A stretch of 64,000 nucleotides of DNA. Origin: an uncultured Verrucomicrobiae bacterium. GTDB taxonomy: Bacteria > Verrucomicrobiota > Verrucomicrobiia > Limisphaerales > UBA1100. This document shows positions 38,860 to 47,658 of the stretch, piece after piece. The DNA is taken from assembly GCA_937775205.1 (NCBI GenBank), contig CALKBX010000013.1:15648-79647 (forward strand). The letters run 5' to 3'. Both the position numbers and the translations under genes were made by a program. The notes beneath the pieces were generated by a model. The model searched no databases, was not told the DNA's origin, and saw only the letters and a list, made by a program, of their open reading frames with translations. The first letter of the stretch is position 1. Each line of letters begins with the position of its first letter.

Positions 38860-38953
38860 TGTTTTCCCGTTGCCACAGCCAAACGCCGAGGCCGATGGCT
38901 CCGGCAATGACGCCAAGAGCAATCACTCCGAGGATGAGCAATGAAATGCTCAC
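38846..38953 (-). CDS. 35-aa single-TM small protein between iscA and hscB
   Basis: (M)SISLLILGVIALGVIAGAIGLGVWLWQRENNEDD*; GTG overlaps the iscA stop (GTGA) and its stop overlaps the hscB start region. Confidence 0.6.
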   Translation of the reverse strand: MSISLLILGVIALGVIAGAIGLGVWLWQRENNEDD

Positions 38954-39339
38954 GCACTGAAACTTTCGCCGCAGGAACAGGTGGTGGCGGCGTTGGGGTT
39001 GTTGACTTTGAATCCGGAATCTTCGAGGCCGGTTTTGTAGTCGAGCTCGCTGCCGGTGACGTACAGGGCGCTTTTGGGATCGACCACGACGCGGATGCCG
39101 CAGCTCTCGACGAGGATGTCGCGATGGGCGGGGGAGTCCTGCAAATCCATTTTGTATTGTAAGCCGCTGCAGCCACCGCCGGTGACGGCCACGCGCAGGA
39201 CGCCCTCGGGCCGGCCTTGGCGTTGGAGCAGTCCGGAGACTTTGGCGGCGGCGTCGTCGGTGAGCTTCACGAGGCGTTCGTCGCCGGTGCGATAGTTTAC
39301 TTCGGTCGTGGTTTCAGTTTTGCGTTTGCCTGCGAGCAT
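38950..39339 (-). CDS. iscA: Iron-sulfur cluster assembly A-type carrier (IscA/ErpA/HesB)
   Basis: GGGCSGLQY and NPNAATTCSCGESF motifs with three conserved Cys. Confidence 0.92.
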   Translation of the reverse strand: MLAGKRKTETTTEVNYRTGDERLVKLTDDAAAKVSGLLQRQGRPEGVLRVAVTGGGCSGLQYKMDLQDSPAHRDILVESCGIRVVVDPKSALYVTGSELDYKTGLEDSGFKVNNPNAATTCSCGESFSA

Positions 39340-39418
39340 GGCCGGAGAGTATATGACAAGATGGCCCGCGAATAAAGCATTTCAATAGGGCGTCTTTTTT
39401 GAGAGGCTATTTTCCAGC

Positions 39419-42082
39419 ATGAGGCGGTTGTTTTCCATATTATTGATGTTTAGCGCGGGCGTTGCGTCGGCGCAGGATTTTGATTTCGGCGCCAAAACCA
39501 AGGTCACCCTGCTGGTAAACCCCGCCGTGGCCAAGGCGGGCGGCACCATTGAGGTGGGGATGCGGCTGGAAATGCCCGCCGGTTGGCACACGTACTGGCG
39601 CAATGCTGGCGAGAATGGCAAGCCCACTACTATAAATTGGACGCTCCCCAAAGGCATCACCGCCGGCGAAATCCGTTGGCCGGTGCCGGAGAAAGTTGAG
39701 TGGCTGGAAATGTTCACTTACGCCTACCACGGCGAAGTGCTGTTGATCGTGCCGCTCACGTTGGCGGCGGATCTCGCGCCGGGCGAGCATCTGCTAAAAG
39801 CAAAAGTCGATTGGCTGGAGTGCGAAGAAACCTGCATCCCCGGCGAAGCCGAAGTGAGCGCAACGCTGCTCGTGGGCACAGAAGCTAAGCCCGGACCGCA
39901 CGCGAATTTATTTCAAGAAGCCCGCGCCCAATGGCCGGCAAAAAATGAATTGCCCCAACTTCCCGCCCGATGGGCCGGCGCAGCGAATGCCGATGGCGAG
40001 CGCACTTTGAAACTGACCGTGCCGGTGGGCAGCAAAGAAACCACCGTGCATTTTCTGCCCTTCAGCACCACGGGCAAGAAATGGGAAATCGCCCACGCCA
40101 CCACGCTGGCCAAAAGCGAAAGCGAATTCATCCTCACCAAAAGCATCACCAGCAAAACCGGCCAATGGCCCGACGAAGTGCGCGGTGTAATTCGGTTCGA
40201 GGAGAGCGGCAAAGTCACCAGCCACGAAACGGCATTTCAAATTGGCGCAAAGGTTGAAGAGGAACCATTTGGTTCGAGTGGCTTTGGCGGCGATTTGCTG
40301 AGCGATGCCCAGTGCCAAGTGAGTGCGCGGCTGGATCACCTTCAAGCCGTGCCCGGCGGTGAGGTGTTGGCGGGCGTGTCGTTCAGCATTCCGAAGCACT
40401 GGCATATTTTTTGGAAAGAACCCGGTGCGCCGGGCGAGCCGCCGAAGTTTGAATGGACGTTGCCCGAGGGCATCACCGCCGGCGAAATTAAATGGCCGCA
40501 GCACACGCAATTGGAACTGTTCGGCGAGATCGCCAACGTATACGAAAACCAAGTGATGTTGCTCGTGCCTTTCGCTGTGGCGAAGGACGCTAAGCACGGC
40601 GATTATGAAATTGGCCTGAAAGTTTTGTGGCAGGAATGCGATGACAAAACGTGCGTGCCGCAGGAAAAGCAACTGCAACTCACGCTCAAAATCGGCAGCG
40701 AGGCCAAGCTGGCGAAGGCCCCGATGGAATTCAAAGCGTGGCTCGCCAAGGTGCCGAGGGAAAGTGGCAAAAACAGTGGAATGGGCGGCGGCGGTTTGGC
40801 GGATGATGCGGCTAAATCTATTTGGTACATCCTGAGTTTTGCGTTTTTGGGGGGATTGATTCTCAATGTGATGCCGTGCGTGTTGCCGGTGATTTCCATG
40901 AAAATTCTGGGCTTCGTTCAGCAAAGTCAGGAGGCGCCGGGGCGTTTACGAAACCTCGGGCTTACTTATGGGATGGGAGTTTTCTTTTCGTTTATGGTGT
41001 TGGCGGGGGTGATGATTGCGGCCAAACAAGCCACCGGAATGGCGTCGTGGGGGATGCAAATGCAAAGCCCGAATTTCAATTTAGTTTTGATGTTGGTGGT
41101 CACGTTGGTGGCGTTGAATTTGTTCGGCGTGTTCGAAGTATCGCTGGGCGGCGGCAGCGCATTGACGAAGGCCAACGCTTTGGCGAGTCGCGAAGGGTAT
41201 CTCGGCGCATTCTTTAATGGCATCCTCGCCACGGCATTGGCCACGCCTTGCACGGCACCGTTTTTGGCGAGTGGAATGGGTGCGGCACTTTCGCAATCCA
41301 ACGGCGTGATCATCGCGGCGATGGGCGCGGTGGCGGCGGGGTTGGCGTTTCCATATATTTTGCTGAGCTTCAATCCGGCGTGGCTAAAGTTTTTGCCGAA
41401 ACCGGGAAGCTGGATGGTGCAGTTCAAACAAATTATGGGCTTCCCAATGCTGGCGGCGGCGGTGTGGGTGCTGTCCTTCACCGGGCCGATGTTTGGCGAA
41501 AGCGGCGTGATGTGGTTGGGCGTGTTGCTGGTGTTTGTCGGCTTAACGGCCTGGGTGTTTGGCGAATTTATGCAGCGCACGGTGGCCAAAAATTCCAAGC
41601 CGTTAGTGGCTTGCGCATTGTTGTTGGCGGCGGGTTATGCGATGGCGTTGGAATGGGGGCTGGACTGGCGACATCCGGAAAACCGGACGACCGTGGGCGG
41701 CGGCATCGAAGTGAAAGCGGACGGCGTGCAATGGCGAAAATGGAGCCCTGAAGCCGTGGCCGAAGCCCGCGCTGCGGGGCATCCGGTGCTGGTGGATTTC
41801 ACGGCGGATTGGTGTATGACCTGCAAATACACAAAAGGCCGCGCGATTGAGGTGGATTCAGTAATCGAAAAATTGGCCGAGCTGGATGGCGTGGCCTTCA
41901 TTGCGGATTGGACCAACAAGGATGAAATCATCACCAAAGTGCTGCACCAACACAAACGCGCGGGCGTGCCTTTGGTTTTGGTGTATCCGCCGGAAGGGGA
42001 AGCGATTATTTTGCCGCCGGTGATGAACGGGCCCGAAAAGGTCTTGGATGCATTGGACAAAGCTGGTAACGCTTCGCCCTGA
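39419..42082 (+). CDS. dsbD: Thiol:disulfide interchange protein DsbD-like with two N-terminal Ig-like domains
   Basis: Two GWHTYW/WHIFW domains with CEETC and CDDKTC; TM core with MPCVLP and TPCTAP; C-terminal thioredoxin WCMTC. Confidence 0.85.
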   Translation: MRRLFSILLMFSAGVASAQDFDFGAKTKVTLLVNPAVAKAGGTIEVGMRLEMPAGWHTYWRNAGENGKPTTINWTLPKGITAGEIRWPVPEKVEWLEMFTYAYHGEVLLIVPLTLAADLAPGEHLLKAKVDWLECEETCIPGEAEVSATLLVGTEAKPGPHANLFQEARAQWPAKNELPQLPARWAGAANADGERTLKLTVPVGSKETTVHFLPFSTTGKKWEIAHATTLAKSESEFILTKSITSKTGQWPDEVRGVIRFEESGKVTSHETAFQIGAKVEEEPFGSSGFGGDLLSDAQCQVSARLDHLQAVPGGEVLAGVSFSIPKHWHIFWKEPGAPGEPPKFEWTLPEGITAGEIKWPQHTQLELFGEIANVYENQVMLLVPFAVAKDAKHGDYEIGLKVLWQECDDKTCVPQEKQLQLTLKIGSEAKLAKAPMEFKAWLAKVPRESGKNSGMGGGGLADDAAKSIWYILSFAFLGGLILNVMPCVLPVISMKILGFVQQSQEAPGRLRNLGLTYGMGVFFSFMVLAGVMIAAKQATGMASWGMQMQSPNFNLVLMLVVTLVALNLFGVFEVSLGGGSALTKANALASREGYLGAFFNGILATALATPCTAPFLASGMGAALSQSNGVIIAAMGAVAAGLAFPYILLSFNPAWLKFLPKPGSWMVQFKQIMGFPMLAAAVWVLSFTGPMFGESGVMWLGVLLVFVGLTAWVFGEFMQRTVAKNSKPLVACALLLAAGYAMALEWGLDWRHPENRTTVGGGIEVKADGVQWRKWSPEAVAEARAAGHPVLVDFTADWCMTCKYTKGRAIEVDSVIEKLAELDGVAFIADWTNKDEIITKVLHQHKRAGVPLVLVYPPEGEAIILPPVMNGPEKVLDALDKAGNASP

Positions 42083-42114
42083 ATTTGTCAGGGACGGCAA
42101 ACTTGTTTTAACCA

Positions 42115-43215
42115 ATGAAAAATCTAAAAACCGTTTTTGCGGCAGCCGTGTTGTGTGTTGCCGTGGGCTGCCAAACGATTGGGCCGCGCACGCTGCAATC
42201 GACGCATCCGCAATATAACCACGCCATCTCGCGCACGTTGGATGAGCAGTTTTTGCTGAACCTCGTGCGGCTCAAGTATCGCGACAATCCGTTTTTCCTG
42301 GAGGTCAGCAGCGTGACCACGCAGCAAACGGTGCAAACCGAAATGAGCGCGAGCGTGAAGCTCATTGGCGGCGGCGACACGCTTACGCCTTCGGCGGGGG
42401 TGACTTATAAAGAAACCCCAACTATTTCTTACGCGCCTTTGCGCGGCGATCAGTTTCTAAAACAAATCCTTTCGCCGGTGCCGCTCGAGGCGGTGTTGAT
42501 TCTTACGCAGAGCGGTTGGAGCGTGGAACGGGTGGTAAGCATTTGCGTGGAGCGCGTGAATGGATTGGACAACGCGAGCAACGCCTCCGGGCCGACGCCA
42601 TCGCGCGAGCCGCGCTTTGAGAAATTTCAGGAAATGGTCGGCATCCTTCGCGAGCTGCAGCTGGCGGATGCACTGGACTTGGGCGCTGCGCCGGGCGTGC
42701 CGGATGCGGCCGGGAAGATGCAGGCGGGGAATGGTTTGGTGCTGCGAGTGCGTCCGGTGGCCGCGCTGGCCCCGCGCATTGTGCGGCTCAAGGAATTGCT
42801 GGGCGTGCCCAATGCGGGGAATGAATTGCGGCTGACAAATAATTTTTTCAATCGCCCGGAGAATGGGTTGGCCGTGCGCACGCGGTCGATGATGGGGATT
42901 TTGTTTTATCTGTCGCACAACGCCGAAGTGCCGCCGGCGCATCGCGAAGCGGGATTGGTGACGCGCACCAAAGCGGCGGACGGCACACCCTTCGACTGGA
43001 ACAAAGTGACGGGCGGCCTTTTCCGCGTGAAATCCGCCAACGCGCGTCCGGCCAATGCGTTCGTGAGCGTGGCCTATCGCGGCAAATGGTTTTACCTCGC
43101 GGACAACGACCTCGAAAGCAAAAGCACGTTTATGCTGCTGACGCAGTTATTCAATTTACAAGCGGGGCAGATCAAGACCGTGGCCCCGGCTTTGACGATT
43201 GGGGTCGGTGGATAA
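42115..43215 (+). CDS. Conserved hypothetical lipoprotein
   Basis: Lipobox AVGC; long ORF with host-like codon usage; no function recognised. Confidence 0.75.
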   Translation: MKNLKTVFAAAVLCVAVGCQTIGPRTLQSTHPQYNHAISRTLDEQFLLNLVRLKYRDNPFFLEVSSVTTQQTVQTEMSASVKLIGGGDTLTPSAGVTYKETPTISYAPLRGDQFLKQILSPVPLEAVLILTQSGWSVERVVSICVERVNGLDNASNASGPTPSREPRFEKFQEMVGILRELQLADALDLGAAPGVPDAAGKMQAGNGLVLRVRPVAALAPRIVRLKELLGVPNAGNELRLTNNFFNRPENGLAVRTRSMMGILFYLSHNAEVPPAHREAGLVTRTKAADGTPFDWNKVTGGLFRVKSANARPANAFVSVAYRGKWFYLADNDLESKSTFMLLTQLFNLQAGQIKTVAPALTIGVGG

Positions 43216-43243
43216 GTTGAGGGTTGAGCGTTGAGGGTTGAGG
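43216..43243 (+). repeat. Heptamer tandem array (GTTGAGG)x4
   Basis: GTTGAGG-GTTGAGC-GTTGAGG-GTTGAGG immediately after the lipoprotein stop. Confidence 0.7.
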
Positions 43244-43262
43244 GAGTAGGTTGCCGCGCTTT

Positions 43263-43775
43263 ATGACCGATAATTCAAATCATTCAAAACCATTGGTTGG
43301 AGTCATCATGGGCAGTCATTCTGACTGGGCTGTGATGGAGAATTGTGCGAAGCAACTCAAAGATCTTGGGGTGCCTTACGAAGCAAAGGTAATTTCCGCT
43401 CATCGCACGCCGGAATTATTGCAGCGATGGGTGGGCGATGCCACGGGGCGCGGGGTGGAGGTCATCATCGCGGCTGCCGGTGGCGCGGCGCATTTGGCGG
43501 GGGTGACGGCGGCGATTACTTCGGTGCCGGTGCTGGGCGTGCCAATGAAGGCTTGGAGCACGGAGGGGCTTGATTCGTTGCTTTCGATGGTGCAAATGCC
43601 CGGCGGCGTGCCGGTGGGCACTTTGGCGGTTGGAAAGCCGGGCGCGAAAAACGCCGCGCTGTTGGCCACGGCCATCCTTGGCAACAAATATCCGGAGTAC
43701 AAAAAGGCGTACGAAAACTTCCGCGCACAACAAACTGCTGATGGCGAGGCGAAGCAGGATTTGCCGGTGGTTTAA
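43263..43775 (+). CDS. purE: N5-CAIR mutase
   Basis: VGVIMGSHSDW, SAHRTP, AGGAAHLAG and QMPGGVPV motifs. Confidence 0.96.
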   Translation: MTDNSNHSKPLVGVIMGSHSDWAVMENCAKQLKDLGVPYEAKVISAHRTPELLQRWVGDATGRGVEVIIAAAGGAAHLAGVTAAITSVPVLGVPMKAWSTEGLDSLLSMVQMPGGVPVGTLAVGKPGAKNAALLATAILGNKYPEYKKAYENFRAQQTADGEAKQDLPVV

Positions 43776-43897
43776 GTTCAGGGCGTTTTTTTTCTGTCAT
43801 ATTGTTTTTTTGCTCGCCGCGCGCGAGTGGGGGTGGGTAGATACGGGCGCAGTATTTTGTCACAAGCGCCGTTTCTTTTAAAACCTATATAATTACA

Positions 43898-44845
43898 GTG
43901 AAAATTTTTTCCGGCAGATCCAACCGGCCCCTTGCCAAGTCCATTGCGGAAAGCATCAATATGCCTCTCGGCAAGGCCGTCATACGCGATTTCCCCAATG
44001 GCGAAACCTTTGTGAAGATTGAGGAAAACGTGCGCGGCGAGGACACGTATGTCATCCAAAGCACTTGCCCACCGGCAAACCAAAATTTGATGGAGCTGTT
44101 CATTATGATTGATGCGCTCCGTCGCGCGAGTGCCAATCGCATTACCGCCGTGCTGCCGTTTTATGGCTATGCGCGGCAGGATCGGAAGGATCAACCGCGC
44201 GTGCCCATTAGCGCGAAGTTGGTGGCCAATTTGTTGGTGGCTTCGGGCGTGAACCGCGTGCTCACGATGGACTTGCACGCTCAGCAAATTCAGGGATTTT
44301 TTGACATCCCGGTGGATCATCTTTATGCGGCACCGGTGATTTTTGAATACCTCAAAACTCTCGATTTGGGCGATGAACTGGCGGTGGTAAGCCCGGACAC
44401 CGGCGGCATCAAAATGGCCCACGCGTACTCGCAGATGCTGCACGCGAGCCTTGCAATCGTGGCCAAGCGGCGGGTTTCGGATACGGAAACCGAGACCGTT
44501 TCGGTCATCGGCAAAGTGCGTGGGAAGACGGTTTTACTGGTGGATGACCTCACGGAAACGGCTGGAACACTGGTTTCGGCGGCGCGATTGCTGCGGCGAC
44601 GCGGGGCGAAAAAGATTATTGCGGCGGTTTCCCACTGTGTTTTGAATGATTTGGGCGCAAAAAGAATGCGAAAATCAAACATTGACGAACTTATCTCGAC
44701 TGATACTGTTCCCCGCCCCGAAATCAAGGGCTTAAAGCTGACCACTTTGTCGGTGGCCGGGCTGCTCGGCGAGGCGATAAAGCGGATTCACACGAATTCA
44801 TCGATCACATCGCTTTTTGAATTTGATGGAGTGAGGATAGGATAA
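43898..44845 (+). CDS. prs: Ribose-phosphate pyrophosphokinase
   Basis: FPNGET, YGYARQDRK, DLHAQQIQGFF and LVDDLTETAGT motifs. Confidence 0.96.
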   Translation: MKIFSGRSNRPLAKSIAESINMPLGKAVIRDFPNGETFVKIEENVRGEDTYVIQSTCPPANQNLMELFIMIDALRRASANRITAVLPFYGYARQDRKDQPRVPISAKLVANLLVASGVNRVLTMDLHAQQIQGFFDIPVDHLYAAPVIFEYLKTLDLGDELAVVSPDTGGIKMAHAYSQMLHASLAIVAKRRVSDTETETVSVIGKVRGKTVLLVDDLTETAGTLVSAARLLRRRGAKKIIAAVSHCVLNDLGAKRMRKSNIDELISTDTVPRPEIKGLKLTTLSVAGLLGEAIKRIHTNSSITSLFEFDGVRIG

Positions 44846-45516
44846 TGAAAGCAATTGAACTAGCCGCCAACGCGCGCACCGCAAAGAAACGCAACCAAGT
44901 CAAAGCCCTCCGGCACGCCGGACGTCTGCCCGCCGTGATCTACGGCAGCGGCGAAGGCGCCGAGCAACTGGAAGTGGACAAAAAAGGCTTCCAGCACATG
45001 ATGGCCTCCACCTCCGCCACGGCGGTTTTGGTGGATCTCACCCTCGACGGCAAGAGCCGCTTGGCATTGATTCAGGAAGTGCAGCACCATCCGCTGAGCC
45101 GCCAGCCGTTGCATGTGGATTTTCGTGAAGTGCGCAAGGATCAGCAAGTACACGTCACCGTGCCACTGATTCCCGTGGGCGAAGCGGTGGGCGTGAAAGT
45201 CAGCGGCGGCAACTTGGAACACGTAATGCGCCAAGTGCACGTGAGCGGCACGCCGGCTGCCTTGCCGGAAATGATCGAGGTGGATATCTCCGAGCTGGAC
45301 ATCGGCCACACCCTCCACATCAGCGACATTGCCGCACCTGAGGGAGTTGATTTTTTGGAAAACGCAGGCAACCCAGTCTTCTCCGTATCGCGTCCGCGCG
45401 TTGAAGTGGAGGAAACCCCCGCCGAAGGCGAAGAAGGCGAAGAAGGAGCCGAGGGCGAAGGCGAAGGAGCCGAAGGCGAAGCCAAACCCGAAGAAGGCGG
45501 GAGCGACAAAAAGTAA
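44845..45516 (+). CDS. rplY: 50S ribosomal protein L25/Ctc
   Basis: LPAVIYG, HVDF, GGNLE, LHISD, acidic tail. Confidence 0.95.
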   Translation: MKAIELAANARTAKKRNQVKALRHAGRLPAVIYGSGEGAEQLEVDKKGFQHMMASTSATAVLVDLTLDGKSRLALIQEVQHHPLSRQPLHVDFREVRKDQQVHVTVPLIPVGEAVGVKVSGGNLEHVMRQVHVSGTPAALPEMIEVDISELDIGHTLHISDIAAPEGVDFLENAGNPVFSVSRPRVEVEETPAEGEEGEEGAEGEGEGAEGEAKPEEGGSDKK

Positions 45517-45537
45517 TCCGCCGCGAGCGGTGCGCCG

Positions 45538-46164
45538 ATGGAGGCTGCACACCTCATTGTGGGGCTCGGCAATCCGGGCGCGAAGTACGAACGCACGCGC
45601 CACAACGCCGGGTTCCAAGCGGTGGAACATTTGGCCGCCCAATGGGGCGCCGGATGGGCCGACGAAAAGAAAAAATTTTCCGCGCGGCTGGCCCGGGCGG
45701 AAGTGGACGGGCACACCGTGCTGTTCTGCGAACCGCTGACGTTCATGAACCTCAGCGGCGAGGCAGTGGGGGCGATTTGCGATTTTTATAAAATCGACGA
45801 GCCCGCTCGCGTGTTGGCGATTGTGGACGATGCCAACATTGAATTTGGCGAAATCCGGCTGCGCCCCGGCGGCAGCGCCGGAGGCCACAACGGCCTGCGC
45901 TCGATGGAGCAGCACTTGGCCACGCAGGAATATCCGCGTCTGCGCATTGGCGTGGGACGGCCCGCCGATGACCGGCAGGAACTGGCCAGCCACGTGTTGG
46001 GCCAATTTGGCGAAAATGAAGCGGAAGCACTGAAACCGGTGCTGGAAAAAATGGCCGCGCAGGTGAGCTGCTGGCTGGCCCACGGGCCCGAGCGGGCCAT
46101 GAACGAATTTAACGGGAAGGTTTTTCCTCCCGCAACAGACGAGAAAGAAGAAACAGAAACGTGA
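45538..46164 (+). CDS. pth: Peptidyl-tRNA hydrolase
   Basis: VGLGNPG, TRHNAGF, TFMNLSG, GGHNGLRS and RLRIGVG motifs. Confidence 0.96.
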   Translation: MEAAHLIVGLGNPGAKYERTRHNAGFQAVEHLAAQWGAGWADEKKKFSARLARAEVDGHTVLFCEPLTFMNLSGEAVGAICDFYKIDEPARVLAIVDDANIEFGEIRLRPGGSAGGHNGLRSMEQHLATQEYPRLRIGVGRPADDRQELASHVLGQFGENEAEALKPVLEKMAAQVSCWLAHGPERAMNEFNGKVFPPATDEKEETET

Positions 46165-46475
46165 AACGCTACGACGGATTATTCATTATCGACACCGCCG
46201 GCCAGTCCGACAGTGTCGACGAACACATCACCAAGCTCAACGGTCTCATCACTGACGCCGGCGGCAAGGTGACCAACGAACAAAAACTCGGCCGCCGCGG
46301 CTTTGTCCGCATTGCCAACAAACGACATAAAGGCGGCTTCTATATAAACCTCCAGTTCGAAATGGAAGGCAGCGCCCTCGAGGGACTGCGCAAGGAACTG
46401 GACAAGCGGCCGGAATTTTTCCGCGCCCAAATCACCCACTCCACCGGCGCCACCCTCGAGCTGGCCGCCAGTTAA
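46161..46475 (+). CDS. rpsF: 30S ribosomal protein S6
   Basis: KRYDGLFI, LGRRG, GFYINLQF; position between pth and ssb. Confidence 0.85.
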   Translation: MKRYDGLFIIDTAGQSDSVDEHITKLNGLITDAGGKVTNEQKLGRRGFVRIANKRHKGGFYINLQFEMEGSALEGLRKELDKRPEFFRAQITHSTGATLELAAS

Positions 46476-46498
46476 CCCAACCCCGAACTCCTCTCGCT

Positions 46499-46970
46499 AT
46501 GCCGAACTACAACAAAGTTATTTTGATGGGCAACCTCACCCGCGATCCCGAGGTGAAATATACTTCCGGCGGCACCGCCATCGCCAAGCTCGGCATGGCC
46601 ATCAACCGCACGTGGACGAATAAAGAAGGCCAGAAACAGGAGGAAACCACCTTCGTGGATGTGGACGCCTTTGGCCGCCAAGCCGAAGTCATCGGCCAAT
46701 ATCTGAAAAAAGGCCGGCCGGTGATGATCGAAGGCCGCCTGAAGCTCGACCAGTGGGACGACAAACAAACCGGCCAAAAACGCAGCAAGCTCGGCGTCAC
46801 CCTTGAAGGATTTCAATTTCTCGATTCCCGTGGCGAAGGCGGCGGGGGTGGAGGCGGTGGCCAAGGCTATCAAAGCGATGCCCCGGCGGCCGGTGCTTCC
46901 AGTGCGCGGCGAGTGCGAGTGCGAGTGCGCTGCGGCCAACATCCCCGAGGATGACGATGTGCCGTTTTAA
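46499..46970 (+). CDS. ssb: Single-stranded DNA-binding protein (frameshift in C-terminal linker)
   Basis: NKVILMGNLTRDPE OB fold; the conserved acidic tip EDDDVPF* is out of frame, ending at 46970. Confidence 0.92.
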
Positions 46971-46989
46971 TTTTTAACCAATCATACTT

Positions 46990-47526
46990 ATGTCCAAAAA
47001 AGAAACCGAAGTCATCCTTACCGAGAACGTAGTGAGCTTGGATGCCGCTGAAGGCGATGTGGTGAAAGTGAAGTCCGGCTACGCGCGCAATTTTCTGTTG
47101 CCGCACGGAAAGGCCATCCCGGCCTCGGCGGGTAACCAGCGCTACATCGAATCGCTGCAATCGCGCCGAACTGAGCGCGAAGCTACCGAGCGCCAGCATA
47201 TGGAGGAACTGCGCGATAGTCTCAAGAGCCTGCGCCTGCACGTTAAGGTGAAGACCGGCGAAGGCGGCAAAATGTTCGGCTCTGTCACCGCCGGTACGAT
47301 TTGCGATGAGCTGCACAATCAGTTTGATCTCGAGCTGGATCGTAAAAAAGTGGCGCTCGTCAAACCCCTGCGCGAGCTGGGCGAGTACGAGGTGAAGCTC
47401 AAGCTGCACACCGATTTGGAAGGCGAACTGAAGGTGTTCGTGGAAAGCGAGAACCCGCGGCCCACCCCGCAATCTGTGGCCGACGAGGAAGCCGCTAAGA
47501 AAGCCGCCGCAGAGACCGCCGGTTAA
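46990..47526 (+). CDS. rplI: 50S ribosomal protein L9
   Basis: VKVKSGYARNFLLP, GKMFGSVT, LGEYEV. Confidence 0.95.
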   Translation: MSKKETEVILTENVVSLDAAEGDVVKVKSGYARNFLLPHGKAIPASAGNQRYIESLQSRRTEREATERQHMEELRDSLKSLRLHVKVKTGEGGKMFGSVTAGTICDELHNQFDLELDRKKVALVKPLRELGEYEVKLKLHTDLEGELKVFVESENPRPTPQSVADEEAAKKAAAETAG

Positions 47527-47542
47527 CCGGCAATGATTTCAC

Positions 47543-47570
47543 AGCCGCCCTGAAACAGGGCGGCTTTTTT
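47543..47570 (+). terminator. Rho-independent terminator after rplI
   Basis: AGCCGCCCTG-AAA-CAGGGCGGCT followed by TTTTT. Confidence 0.85.
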
Positions 47571-47658
47571 ATGCCCCGCCCTCTGTGAACAAGCGGGGGT
47601 GTGAAACCAGCAACTTCGCGTTGCCATCGGGGTGCGCCTTCGTGTTCCCTTGGCGCAC

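Noticed and set aside
44860-46083. 407-aa antisense ORF (and similar ones at 18642-19583, 21508-22542, 32552-33484, 37459-38358, 59925-60878)
   Set aside because: Shadow ORFs opposite well-supported genes, expected at high GC3; no motifs.
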